This document shows, in pieces, positions 11,411-24,769 of a DNA stretch of 64,000 bases. The notes under the pieces are model-generated. The model saw only the letters and a list, made by a program, of their open reading frames with translations, had not been told where the DNA came from and searched no databases. The DNA is from Ginglymostoma cirratum. Taxonomy: Eukaryota. Each line of letters opens with the position of its first letter. Position 1 is the stretch's first letter. The stretch lies in the NCBI GenBank assembly GCA_024137785.1, contig JAHRHZ010000003.1, positions 9,884,897-9,948,896 on the forward strand, given 5' to 3'. The translations under genes and the position numbers were made by a program.

Positions 11411-14400
11411 GTAAGTTGTCTGGGCATGCTGTGTTCTGCATTTCACGCGACAGCCTGTGTGTGTTTCCAAGTTGTAGAAAGTGGCCATTCATAAAAAGAA
11501 AACATGAAAACATTTTTATGTAGTTTACATACATTGGAGGTACAATTTCTTCTCGAAGTTCAAGAGATTAATTTCTCCTTCTGAGTCATGTTTTGAAATC
11601 CAGCTATTGATTTGTCCCACAATTAAATCTGTGTTCAGTTTACCCACATGAGCTGGCAAATGTTTAATTTCTACCAGACCAGTTTAACCTGAAATATTTC
11701 AATATTCACACTGTGAATGATGAAATTAAATTTTCTTTCTGAAAATTAGGTTAATTTTGTAATTCAACTTGAAACAAATGCGCAGAAACCAATGTGAAGC
11801 ATCTGGGACAAAACGTAGCTTCTCCAAGAAAAGTCGTGGATGCAAAGGCAGTTGACTTGACATTATCTATTTACTGTAGTCATATACTGACTGGCAGATA
11901 GCCAGTCTGGCACATGACTCAGATTTAGTACCTCAAAAGAAGCTGGCATCTGTATTCACACAAGATGTGAAGTCAGCTTGATGATGCATTAAACACTTCC
12001 ACAAAATGTTTAATACATAATGCCCACTGTACCAGTTAAATGGTAGAAATAGAAATAAACACCATGCAAATGATTCCAGAACAGTGTCTGTTCATCTCCC
12101 AGCGGTGATCTGAGGATATTTCACCGCACTTCCGCAGTTTCACCTCACATCTGAGAAACTTCAGGCTTGTCATGTAAATTATATCAGTAATACTGCCCAG
12201 ATCGTGCCCAAACCGTGCAATATAACAATAAGGTCAAAAACATAAAGTGAGAAGACACAGACATCGTCACCGTTACCTTTGTACTGGCATCTCTTTTAGT
12301 AGTCTTTAGAACCTGAGATACCAAACAGGGACACACCCTGAAAAACAGCAAAGAAAGTTCGCTTACTCAGTTGTCATTCCAGCTTATAACACGTGCACAC
12401 AACATCACAAATGTGTTTGGAAAACATGTTTTGAAATCCTTCAGTCCTGGAATTAATTCTAATCTAAACTATTCTGAAAATGAAGCCGAGGTTATTTTAA
12501 TTGAAATAATTCAGCAACAAGAATTTCCAGAAATTATTTGGTTTTACAGCTGTGAAGATGACACAACTATGGGCCGATCTACAACTGATCTCATTAAAAG
12601 AGTTGACGAGCTTTGTACTAAAACGTTTAAAGATATTATATATTACACCACAGAACAAAGTGAACATTCAAAACATTGAAAACTTCATCAATCAACCCTG
12701 TCATGACCGTCAGTGTACTTAATTCATCAGAGTCTGTAATTCATCAGCTTGTTGAATAACGAATGATTTATTATGAATGGCCTAAGCTCAAAACTGCATG
12801 CTGTTCAGCTTCATCACCTTTGGCTCGAACCATTAGACTTGTTTTACGTGGCTAACTGCAATCACCCGAAGTACACCGTCTCATCTCGGAAGCTGCATGA
12901 CTTGTAAATTTTGCTGTTGTTGAGTGGGTGGAAAAGGAGGGTATTGGTACACTGTTTGTTTGTAAACACCAAATCTTAGACTTCTACGGTTCAGTTTACA
13001 GCCACATTTTCCCCACATGGTGAATTTATTGGCAGAATTGGGAAGATGCGTTCTTGCAACGTGTTTCAGCAATTGAAAATGGAACCATCAGTGTAGAAGA
13101 GGATCTGAACATAAATAGAGATGATAATGTTTCCAAAACCATCATTTTAGTTTGTCCGTTCCATCTGTGTAAGTTGGTGAGGTATCTCTTCTGTCTTCCA
13201 AAAATGGATTTCTCAACCTTTATTGCTTTGATCTGTTGGATAATGTTACCATTGCCAGCATGAAAAGCTAATGCCCCAGAATACACAAAGTGACTGCTTT
13301 TGATTCAATTCTTTGAACATTGTGTATGTCAGAACTCTTTATTTCTTGAGAAAATCCTTTACACATTTTCTCCTTTTCTGCTCCCCATCCTGGCTTTCAC
13401 TCTGTCAAAGAGCCACTTCTCAGTTATTTTATTGTTCCAAACTGTTGTAAACTATAAAATGAGGCTGTACATATTACTCATCCCAAGGGACCCTGAGAAA
13501 CTGGTTGATGAATTGGTTTACAGCCAAGTAACTTGAAAGGCCACTTCCTCAAAGGACTTAAAGTGTGGACCACACAATGTGACATTGCAGTCAGACCAGC
13601 TAGAGGTGACAGATCTCCCGTCAAAGCCATTTGTAAACCACTTAGGTTTCTAACAACGACCTGGCATTTCGAGCCATTTGTTTTAGACTACAAATTCATG
13701 TTGCTAGGTTTATTGAAGTCAGTTGTAATGTACCCATGCTGGAATTGAATTTACAACCTCAGAATTGATAATCTCATATTAAAACCATGAATGGACTGTG
13801 ATAGTCCCAGATGGGTGCATTTTTAGTAAGGCTTTCTTATTTAGCTGTGATTTGTGGCTTTCCCAAGCATCGTAGTTCAAACTCCAGAATAGAATGACAC
13901 ACATATACCCATACTCCCACCCCACCCTTTATAGGTTCCCCGTGAGGGTCTGGTCTTGACTTTTTTTGTTTTTTTTTGTTTCTTGAAGGAGTATGTGCAT
14001 CAGTGGCAATGCCAACATTTGATGCTCAGTCTGAATTGTACTTAAGGAGGTGATGATGAGCTACCTTCTTAAACCATTGCAATATGTGTAGGTCCTCCAC
14101 AAGTGCTTTTTACGAAGGGAGTATGATCGTGACTAGGGAAGGCATCAACTGCTTTACCTTGTTACGTTTATCCTACTCCAAGCAACTGGAAGAGAACGAG
14201 ATACAGCAAGCTTCATGGCAGGATACCCAATAATTCACTTGGCTGGGAAGGTATTGGGAGCATGGAAGGAGTGAACATCTGTTCAAGTCTTCCATTTGAA
14301 TTTGGATTTTTAAGAAATTCTGTCTGTGGCGCATTAATAGACATGGTAAAATGGCACCAAAATGTGGGTTCATGCAGCTTTAAATTCATTCACATGCAAC

Positions 14401-15299
14401 ATTCTGACAAAACTCACCTCATTTGTCTCAATCACCTCCAAAGTTTCCTATATTTCTATTGTCTTTAAAAGGTATTGAGTGTATGCCAGCTTTAATGGCT
14501 TTGCTGGGTGGGGAGGGGGTTGGTAGAGAGGGGAACCTGATTCCTGAACCTGAGTTATAGGAAACTATATGGAATTGTAGAAAAAAACAGTCATCTGTTA
14601 AAAGATTTGTTTGCATTTTTTATTATTGTTGTACAAATTTTAAAATGTCTGTTTCAACAAACACCACTGTTGTGTTAGCTGAAATATAATGGATAGCTGA
14701 CTGGGACAGCATGGTACCATTCCTGAAACTTGGTTGCTCCAAGTGCATTGCATTCCTGCAGTGTGCTAGAGTGGGCACCGACCTATGTCAGGAAAATGTA
14801 CCACATCAGTTCAAGTCAGCTGTCCTACTTTCACAGTGAAGAAGTCAACAAGGCTGACTGGTTTCCTTGAATTAAAAGATGCAATCCCTAACTTAGGAAT
14901 TAAAACAAAAACTGAAACCTCTGGATGTTCTTGATGCTGCAGTGTTTGATGCAGTGTGAAACATTAAAGGATAGTTGTCATCAACCCAAAACTTTTCCTG
15001 CATTGGCCACAAAGCCAGTTATGCAAAACATTCTTCATCCCTGTTAGGAGATGTCCCTTTCTGTAAGTGACACAGTGTCTCATTCCAATGATGGTCTTCA
15101 TGGTTAATTCAGATAATGTAAATAACGATTTGCAGTGTCTGGTCTGAAGCCGTAGTCATTAATCAAATCTAGGCTGTTCTTTGTCATTTTTACTTAAAAC
15201 TGAAAAATGTTGTAGTTAGAGTGGCTTGGAGATCAATTACTATATATTTCAGCAGATGTGGTCCGTGTCTCATTGGTGCAAGATGGAATACTTCTCATA

Positions 15300-16950
15300 A
15301 ATGGATACAGCACAGAAGGAGGCCATTTGGCCCATCATGTCCACACCAGTCAGCAATGATCTCATAACACAATCCTCATTTGTCAACTTTTGGCCCGTAT
15401 CTCTAGAAGCTATGGGAATGCAAATGAATATTCACAGGCTACTAAAACATTTTGAGAGTTTCTGACTCGCCCACTCTTTTAGGCAATGAGTTCCAGAGCA
15501 CACTACCCTCCGAGTGACAACATTTCTTCTCAACGCTCGTCTTTGCCAGCTCCTTGTTTTAAGTTTATGCTCCCTATTTTTTGACCTTCTGCTAATGGGC
15601 AAAGTGTCTTGCTATCCACCCTACCTATGCCCTCATAATGTTATACACCTCTATTCACTGTCCTTTCAACCTTTCTGCTCCAAGGAAAACAACTTGAGTC
15701 TTTCCATTCTTTCTTCATAGCTCACATTTACAGGAGCTCCCTGGTAAATCTCTGCACCATTTCTAGTACAATCAGACCCTTCTGATAATGTGATGACCAG
15801 AACGGCGCACAGCATTCCTAATCAGCACTTTATGTAGTTCCAGCATAACCGCCTTGTTTTTCTCATCTGTGCCTCATCTAATAAAGGCAAGTAGCCAAGA
15901 TACCTTCTTAAGCACCATATCCAACTGCCTTGCTCCCTCCAGGGATTTGTGGATGTGCACACCAAGATCCCGCTGATGTACAGAACTTTCCAGGGTCGTA
16001 CTTGTTATAGTATAATCCTGTTCGCCATCCCTCATTATTTCTCACCTTCCAAGGTTGACCTCAGTTCATCTTGTCCATTCTGACCAAGTTTCCCCAACTT
16101 AACTAGTCCCACTTGTCTGCATTTAGCCCAAACCCCACTCAACCTTTCCAGTTTAGGTATCTGTCCAACTGCCTTTTAAATGTTGTAACTGTACCTGCAT
16201 CTAACACTTCCTCTGATCATTCCTTCCACATGTGAACTATCTTCTGTGTAGAAACATTGCCCCTCAGACCCCTTTTAAATTTTTCTCCTCTCACCTTAAA
16301 ATTATGCCCTCTAGTTTTGCTCTTCCCTATCCTAGGGAAAAGACATTGGCTGTTCACCTTATCCATGCCCCTCATGGTTTTATAAACCTCTGTAAGATGA
16401 CCCCTCAACCTCCTATGCTCTAGTGAAAAATGACCCAGCCCCTCATTATAACTCAAACCCTCTAGTCCTGGCAACTTCCTGGTAAATCTCTTCTGCATCC
16501 TCTTCAACTTAGTAATATCGTTCCTACAGCCAATCAGAACTGTACACAGTACTCTAAAAGTGACCTCACCAGCGTCCTGTACAGCCTCAACATGTCCCAA
16601 CTCCTGTGCTCAATGGACTGAAGGCAGTGAAGGCAAGTGGGCTAAATGTCTTCTTAACTACCTGTGATGCAACTTTCAAAGAACTATGAACCTGAACCCC
16701 AGATCTCTCTGTTGTAGAACACTACACTGGGCCCTAACATTAAATGTATAAGTCCTGCCCTTGGTCACTTTATCAAAATGCAATATCTCACATCTCTCCA
16801 AATTAAACTCCTCAGCCTATTGGCCCAATTGATCAAGATCCTTTAGTAATGTTAGACAACTTTCTTCACTGTTGACTATACCACCAATTTTTGGTGTCAT
16901 CCGCAAACTTAGTAACCATGCTTCTTAAACTCTCATCCGAATCCTTTATA
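15300..16950 (-). mobile_element. Two adjacent CR1 LINE 3' fragments (RT C-terminus and tail)
   Basis: ORF 16217-16600 (LKRMQKRFTRKLPGLEGLSY..LEHRRLRGHLTEVYK..KTRGHNFKVRG) is a classic CR1 RT C-terminus; a more degraded copy lies at 15300-16000. Confidence 0.85.
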
Positions 16951-17924
16951 CTTCACTGGTTTTGAAATTCTGTCCAACCTTTGACCAAGCACTGATTTTC
17001 ACGGAATCATATACTAACTTTGTTTCAATTTTGTATGAACATAAAGATTATTTTTGAGTGTCCCTACACCAAATAGACTGTAGTGGTTCAGAAAGGCAGC
17101 TCAACACCATCTTTTCAAGAGCAACGAGGGTTGGGCACAAATACTGGCTCAACTAGCAACGTCTGTGTCCCATGAATGAATTTTTTAAAATGTTAACATT
17201 GAGCAATACAGACAACAAAACCATCTGACTGCCACAAACCCTGAGACCCTAACTTTATTTGCCATTGACTTGCAATGCACAATTTCTGGCTCTACACACA
17301 AGTGAGTGATGGACTGTTTAGGACAACAACGTGATCGCTAATTTCTCCACTTAGTTTGTTTCCATTTAATGTATTTCAACCATAATCTATATTTATTTTA
17401 ATTAAAATGTTTTCAACTAAAGGCACCTTTAATAATATTTCATTTTGCTTTAGGAGAATGCATTTCATATAAATATCAGAAATATATGTTATGTAACCTT
17501 TTCCGGGCAAACAAAAACATATGATTCCTGATGCATTGTTCGGTAGTTTTGCGTTCTTATTGACTGGCCAACCTATTCTTTTGCATTGAACTGACTGACT
17601 TTCTAACAAATTGCCAATGAGCTTAACTCTGTTTTGCTGTGGTTATGTTCCCTTTTTGATATGCTTCAAATACATTGAAGTGTAGCTGTTCCCTCCCTCC
17701 ATTGGACAGCAGTTTATTATTCTCGTTTCTGCAAAAGAAAGTTGTCAACAGGTGTGCTAGGATGCAGCAGCAGCGGTAATTCGGGGGTAACCTGTACCTC
17801 TTAATGCATGTTTTCACCTGGAGATCGAGATGATGATGGGAGGCAGTCCAGTTTTGTTTCCATCATTTGGTGACCAGGAATCTCTCCTCCTGTTTGTTCT
17901 TGTTATTTAAATGGTTTTGGAAGG

Positions 17925-18159
17925 TGAAATAACCCCACAGAGACCAGTATCCCACCACCAAGTCACCCTGTATTCACAAATCACTAGTCCTTGACTATAA
18001 GTATTGCCTCATACACAGTCAGGCACCAGAGTGTCAGTATCAATTACACTGCTCTTTTTTATGTCAGCCCGGGCTCCCTGATTGAACCAGATTAACAGCC
18101 CCAATTAGGGAACTCTATTCTATCAGATCCATCTGGCTAACTTTGTTATAATCACTACA
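17925..18159 (-). mobile_element. Solo LTR (Gypsy-like), 235 bp
   Basis: Minus strand TGTAGTGA...ATTTCA (TG..CA ends), flanked by a perfect 5-bp direct repeat GAAGG (17920-17924, 18160-18164). Confidence 0.7.
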
Positions 18160-19168
18160 GAAGGATTTGCAGGTTGACATCAAGTTGTTTATTTGTATTC
18201 TGAATCCATCTTTCTTTTCCTGGGGTGGGACTCTTAAACAAAACTGCAACAGTGGATGCTACCCACTATCTATAAAATGCATGTACTTCTGAGATATAGC
18301 ACATACTTTCTTCCAAAATATCAGGGTGTGAATGCAGCAAGTTAATTTTCACATACCAAATGTCTGTTCAAGGGAAAGACCAGTATCCATTGGTGAGCAG
18401 AAAGGTTAATTTTCTTTAGACTAAAGGTGTCTTACATTGTTGGGTATGAAGGGATACAATCACCCTTCAAGCTTTTTCATGGTCTCAATCTTGGGAGTTC
18501 AACTTCTGAACATGTTCTTATGGGTTCCATGCAGCAAGTATCAGTGGTGATGTTACTCATTGCATGAAAGATGATGTTACGGCAAGCAGGGATCCTGAGA
18601 TTAAAACCAAATGCTGAACTCGCTTGTGCATAGTAATCGGGCCGCAGCAAATGTTGATTTTGTGCTGCTTATCAAAGCATGAATACATGGTGTCATTGAT
18701 TTCCTGAACCAGACAGTGTCTTCAGCATGGAGTGAAACAGTGTGATCTGCACTTAATCTGAATCCAAACTCTCAAGTGTTACCAAGCCATGAATTATTAA
18801 CCTGTATTCAAAATAGATCCGACGCAAGTTCTCATGCTAGATTGCAGTTTGATGAACTTCCCTGTCTCTCTTTTCATCCAGCAGCACTCTGCCTGTCAGT
18901 TACTTTGTTTGCTTGTTCAACTTGGGGGAAAATAAAACATTGAAATATGTTGGTAAATATCATGCAGTAGCAAATACAGTTTTTGAAACAACCATTTTAC
19001 TAAAACAGCACAGAAAATGGATGTCAAACGTACTATGTTTTCATTGAGCTCTTGTCAATTCACATTCATAAGGATGTAAGAAACACATTTCATCTTACTT
19101 CAATTTTCCGTAAAGATTGTGCTTTTTACAGCTTTTCATCCCAGCTTCTCTCCATCTCCCATTATTAG

Positions 19169-19294
19169 CTGCAAAGTTCACAGATGTCCTTAACAGTGTG
19201 CGGAGAGGGTCAGGACCCTTTCCTGAACACGAGGGGCTCCCGACTCCTGCTGCACAGCCTCCGCTGCCTTCTCTCACTTCCTCCTCTATGCCCA
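19169..19294 (+). CDS. CAMK2B: CaMKII-beta betaM-type proline-rich cassette exon B (126 nt, phase 1-1): (A)[41 protein letters not shown]
   Basis: tag|CT acceptor and A|gtaagt donor. The peptide matches the mammalian betaM repeat as recalled ([22 protein letters not shown]), which is diagnostic for the beta paralog. Confidence 0.92.
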
Positions 19295-19364
19295 GTAAGT
19301 AAGTGTGTGATGAAAGACCATTGAGCATGTGGTGTGCATGCTGGGAGCATGCAAGTCCTGGACA

Positions 19365-19508
19365 CACATGTCGAGCTTTATGCAGATATTTGAATAAAAA
19401 GACATGTCGAGCTTTGTGCAGATAATTGAGTAAAGAGACATGCCAAGCTTTGTGCAGATAACTGAGCAAAAAGACATGTTGAGCTTTGCGCAGGTATTGG
19501 AGCAGAAC
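19365..19508 (+). repeat. Tandem repeat, 4 x 36 bp (gacatgtcgagctttgtgcagataattgagtaaaga-like)
   Basis: Units start at 19365, 19401, 19437 and 19473; they explain the periodic ORFs in the ORF track. Confidence 0.95.
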
Positions 19509-20528
19509 GACTTGATGACCCATAAAGAGTACAGTTTTAAGTTACTGCATGGCCAGTGGGGCAAAAGCTGTTTTCCTCACTGGGAAATAAATTTCGGAAC
19601 TGAAATGCCATGGCGCTATCACTGATGTGATGTTGTCCCATTAACACGCAGAATTTGGCACTGACTAATTCCATATCAGTGGATGTGATACAAACCTGTT
19701 CTGACGCCACTATCATTTTGCAACCAAACCACAAACAACAGTTTGCATTCCTGTCAGTACTCCCTGCTGTGCCTCAGTTTACAGAGCAACTTTGCCATTG
19801 AAAGCTACATAAGATATATGGTTAACAAGCTCATTTTGAAAATAAAACCGAACACTGGCTCAGTGACTCTTGACTTTACTGTCAAAGTAACATGCTAGAC
19901 CTTCTTTAAGCCCACAATGCTATCAATTAATTTGATCAAAAATTTGGAAACTTAGACTTGAGGAATAATTGTACCCCGATGCTGTAGAAAATTCAATTGC
20001 AACTTGTTCGGAATTATATGGAGTAATTATATCTTGTTAGACATTCTCAGTTACTGGCCTTGTTAGCCAACCACTTGCATACTTTGGAAGTTAGGTCAAA
20101 CACAGCAGTGCATTTCCTATCACGGCTGTGCTTGAAAATCTAAAGTCACAGTCCAGCAACACCTTGATCTGAAATGTGCACACTTGCTTTCAGATCCCTC
20201 CCTGAAGTCTTGAATGTTGGTTCTCAGGTGCAGATTGATCAAAACACAAGACTGATGAATAATTTACTGATGCAGTCAGTTGTACAATGAACCCCTTAAT
20301 AGCTCAAAGAAAGTTCAGATTTTAAAACTTCAGCCAAGCATTACGGAACCATCTAAAGTGAAAACTTGTGGAAACTGAAAGTAGATATGGTTAAATTTTT
20401 TACAAGTCTTGGAGCTTGCTCAGCAATGCAACCTGTGTAGCAAAGAATAGCACACCATGCTTTCACGTCTGCCAACTATTTTACAGCCTTGTATATTATT
20501 ACATCATATCTTCACCTTCCATCCTCAG

Positions 20529-20645
20529 CTGCGAAATTCACAGATGTTTTCAAGTGTGTGCCGCGACAGTTTGCACCTTTTGCTGAATCTGAGGGTGGCC
20601 AGTCTGTTCAGGTACCACCTCTCACTCCCTACATCTCTATCCCTT
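20529..20645 (+). CDS. CAMK2B: CaMKII-beta cassette exon C, a diverged duplicate of exon B (117 nt, phase 1-1): (x)AKFTDVFKCVPRQFAPFAESEGGQSVQVPPLTPYISIP
   Basis: cag|CTGCGAAATTCACAGATGT parallels exon B tag|CTGCAAAGTTCACAGATGT; T|gtaagt donor; open frame. It is not in the frame shown in the ORF track. Confidence 0.8.
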
Positions 20646-23600
20646 GTAAGTAGCAAGCAGTGCTTCCTGACTGAGATTCTGCCTTCTTTACAAGGCTGAA
20701 TGAATGCAATGCACTTTTCAGCATGTGGAAGGTGTGTGTCTTGCAAATTTAAAATGCAGAAAAGCTGACGGTGATATAAAACTGATGCTGGATATTAATT
20801 AAGGACATTAGTCTGTAATTAAGCTTCACTTGTAACTTGATTGTCAGATATTTCCAGACGACAATGAGTGTACAGTCCTTAAGGACGATGCAAGCAGTTT
20901 CAATACTGAGTTCAACTTCAGCTTTTAAACATAATGTGAGCCCAGTGCCAAGATAGAAACAGAAGGGTCTAATAGTACATTAAATTGACCAGGTACAAAA
21001 CACTGCTTCTTGAAAAATGCTTGATATATTTTCATTCTGAGATGATTAAGTCAGTAATATTTGAATGTAATAACTGCATTGCTATTTCCTGCCAATAACA
21101 ACTGGTCAGTAATAAATCCTGGTCCCTCGCTCTTGAATTAAATTTTCTGTCTGCTTTGAATGATCCGAGTTGAGAAGATTTCTAACAAATGAAAAATAGC
21201 TTCGTGCACAAATGTTTATGTTTCTATTCTCAACAAGGTGATTCGAAGCTTCAAGTTGCTGCTCCCAAACTCTTTGGCACTGTGATTCTGATGTATTTGT
21301 TGAGTGCGCCATGAGTTTGTGTGTTGAAATTCAGACACATTTGAATGCGTGCATAGATGTGGAAACCACACATTTTAAATTCAGAATTCTGTTATTTTTA
21401 AACTAAAGGTTATCTACTTGTAAAACTTGGAATCTGTTTTCCTACAGGCAGCATCACCAGTTCTTATAATCCAAAATCTTTGTGAGAAACTGATGAACTT
21501 GAATTCATAAGATTTCTTATTTTTGGGCTAAATTTGACATAAATTCATGACTAAACATTCTGTCTCTACTTGCAAAGTCATCCTGGGTCAGAGAGTCAGT
21601 GAAGGCAGCAGGTAACCTTCTGCCAGACCTCTGCCTCTGTGGGCCAGCCACAAACAGACGCAGGGGAATGGACTTAGAACAGACTGCCCAAGTCTACTCT
21701 TGTCTCATTATCTAATCTGCACCAGTGTACGTGAACACAAGTGACTGAACAAACATTGCAGTTGAATTTCAACCTGCTGTCTGTATGTCAGTTTTCATTC
21801 TTCCAACTGGGTCTTGCTTCAATTAAGCAGACTTAAGACATTTGTTTCATTTTGAGACTTTCCATCTTAATATGAGCTAGGAATGTTGAATGAGAAAACG
21901 CTGTGACTGAAGACGTACGTGCAAGTTGTTGTGGGGATTTGCCAGTAAGGGAAGCAGCTCATTTGTTCCTGACCACCTGTTCTGTCACAAAACCCTTTGA
22001 ATGTTTTCTTCCTAAAAATGAGTCATATTCTTTGAATATCCATCTAGTAATTGTGCATGTGTAAGTTTGAGCTGTTAGGATCAATGTCAAGAACATGCGA
22101 CTTGACACTGCTATCCAAAGTCGTAATCAACATTCATAAAGGAGCTTATCCACATAGGCAGAAATTATCAAGGGCCTGACTCTTCCCTGTTCATGTAAAA
22201 AGGATGGTGGGATATTTTATCCTCAAGATTGATTGTTCCATTGTTGCTGGGGGGTCAGATTTTCCTTTACGCCTCTTGACTTATCATTTGATTGATCAGC
22301 TTCCCCAGTGACTATGACAGGACTGAATGGCACTGTGGATAGCAGCACATAGTCCACTGAAACACAGTTGCTGGACTTAAACAAGCCACGTCATAGCAAA
22401 TTTGTTAGCTCCCGTGCTTCACATTCAGGCAGAATTCAGAACGTGCCCCCAGATCTGCTGTTCGCTTCATTGAATAGTAATTCTTTCCATGTTGTGCAGC
22501 TTTTAAAACTCATTCATCCTGATCTGCAAGAATGTTCAGATAATGCATGTAAGTTTCGTTTGTCTTCTTTTTTCTCCTAAAATATACAACATAGCAATGC
22601 TTCAGTAGTATCCTCATAACTGATTTACTTCACACCCTTACTGTTGGACTCATTGGAATTCATGAAATAGGACTGATGAATCTAATACTTGTCTGACTCT
22701 TCAAAGATAGAGCTCGACATTTTAAAGTTAGTAATTCTACAGAAAGCTCATTGTCAGGTGTATATATTTTGAAGACGTTAGGATACCCAACATGTTGTTG
22801 ACTGGATGTGTGATCACGCTTGCAGCCTGGAGAACATTATGAATTTAACAACTTATTCCAGCTAGTACTATTTCTGAAAGCAAACACTGGTGCCTGTGAT
22901 CACAGTGCTTATTATGTCATTGCAATTGAAATGAGAACTCCAACTAATTCCCAAGGAATATCTACTATTTTTTAAAATTAATAAATAATCAATTAAAGAA
23001 CAATAACAGTTCGAGTATTTTAAGATTGTAAAAGCTGTGCAAGTTTTTCCTCAGTGAGGATTTTAACATGACATGAATAACGCACAATCTCTGCACTTGA
23101 TTGTCTAACTGAAATGTGCAGCCCGTTTTAATACATCTAATCACTGCAACCATTGTTACTTGCCTTCTGTGTAAATAAAACTTCAATCACATGCTTGTGA
23201 GATGCTGAATTCTGTCTCAGCCACTGGCCCAGTGTCCTGTCAATTCTTCATTCAGCATCATCAGTGCAACTGCTGACTTCTGCTTTGAGTTCTTTCAGTT
23301 TGCTGTCATTGGCTGACCTATTTCACATTTCACGAAAAAGAATGCTTAGTTTTCAGCGTAACTGTATTTTTAACTGACCCAGAAGGATCATTTGGTGCGA
23401 CATAAGATCATTCTCTGAATTAGACTGTAATCCATGTGCATTAGCATGACAGTAGTATTTTTTTGGCCAATTTAATCTTGACTAATCCTGAAAGCCATAT
23501 TCTCTCTTGTTTAACTTTAGTGATTGCAACAATAATACGAATGTTCCTTTTGTAAAATAAATAGTAGTTTGGGGACTTTGATTGTGCACACTGCTGCTAA

Positions 23601-24059
23601 GTACGAAAACTGTAGAAATAGCTTCCTGTCCACAATTCTGCACCCAGCAAATACCTAGTTGTGGAGCAAAGCAGGGTGGAGAAATATTAAGAACTCTTAA
23701 TCTGGGAACCTCTGACAAGCTTGAACAGAGCTCCCGACAGAATGAGAGACCATTGTCAGCAGTTCATCCTTTTATAGGTTGCAAAATAGTGCTTCTCATC
23801 AAGGCTGCAAAGAGGGAAAATAGATCGATTGCATTCCAAAGTCCAGAAGATCCAGTGTCAATTAAATTAGTTTGCTTGTGCTTTGTATTACACCATGCAA
23901 GTTCAGATGTGTTCATTGGAACTAAAATTCCAATGGAGTCACATAAGGCAAATAATGTAATACTTCAAAGTTATCTGCAATATATACCTTTGTGAAGTCG
24001 GCCGTAAATTTCATCCATTCTGTGAGTTCATTTAATTCACAGCATGATTCCAAGGTACT

Positions 24060-24250
24060 ACATTTTAGTATCCCTCAATCAGCATCACAAACATTTTGGT
24101 CATTATTTCATTGCCATTTGCAAAAGTCTACAGTGTACAAATCAGCTGCTTAGTTTTCTTCAAGTGCAAAGCTGCTTGAACCTCAAAAAATATTGCATTT
24201 CTTCTAATGCAGTTTAAGCGGTCATGAAAGGCACACAAGAAATGCAAGAC
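24060..24250 (+). mobile_element. Deu-domain SINE (SacSINE1-like) 3' fragment
   Basis: tatccctcaatcagcatcac...ggtcattatttcattgc resembles the Deu domain and the copy at 48340-48720. Confidence 0.4.
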
Positions 24251-24769
24251 TCTTCTCCAGCTATAACTATAGAATCAGAAGAGTGTAAAATGCCAAAACT
24301 AAGTTCTGTGTTTTGGAAACCAAATTCTATTCCATTTAAAATGGAAATCATTTATATCCTTTTTGAGAATATGGCTTTAATGCATTTTTTGGATACTTAC
24401 CTATTCCGTCAATGTTTATCCATTTTTGCTTTTACTCTTGGATATTCCCTGTGTCTCTTTCACGTACGATGTACTTTTTTTCACAAACTCAGTTGCTAAA
24501 GGTATGGATCGTGTAAATGTTAAGAGTCAGCCCAATGATTACAAGAGACCCCTCAGCTCACCACCTCCAACTCAATGTAAGTGTTAGAGATATTGGTACC
24601 CAACTGTGTCTGAAGAATGGCTTTGCTTTACCATTCAAGTCATTAACATCAATGTAATTTTACTTCAGTATATGAATCTATTTTAATCTATTTTAAAGGA
24701 ATCTATTTTAACTGGACGCTTAAAATTTATGCATGGAAACTTCTGTTTGCCAAACTTGCTCGTCTTTGT

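Noticed and set aside
12371-12679. 102-aa plus-strand ORF
   Set aside because: TTG start, AT-rich, no recognisable homology or splice context.
19095-19564. Periodic ORFs (YLHKARHV repeats) and a possible CRISPR-like 36-bp array
   Set aside because: Head-to-tail minisatellite with no spacers, in a vertebrate intron.
21448-21485. Strong acceptor ttttcctacag| as a fourth linker exon
   Set aside because: The phase-1 frame stops after ~12 codons and the nearest donor gives 34 nt; no similarity to exons A-C.
22500-22548. 49-nt phase 0-to-1 exon-like unit ending T|gtaagt
   Set aside because: Phase is incompatible with its position after phase-1 exons, and the peptide is unlike any CaMKII linker exon.
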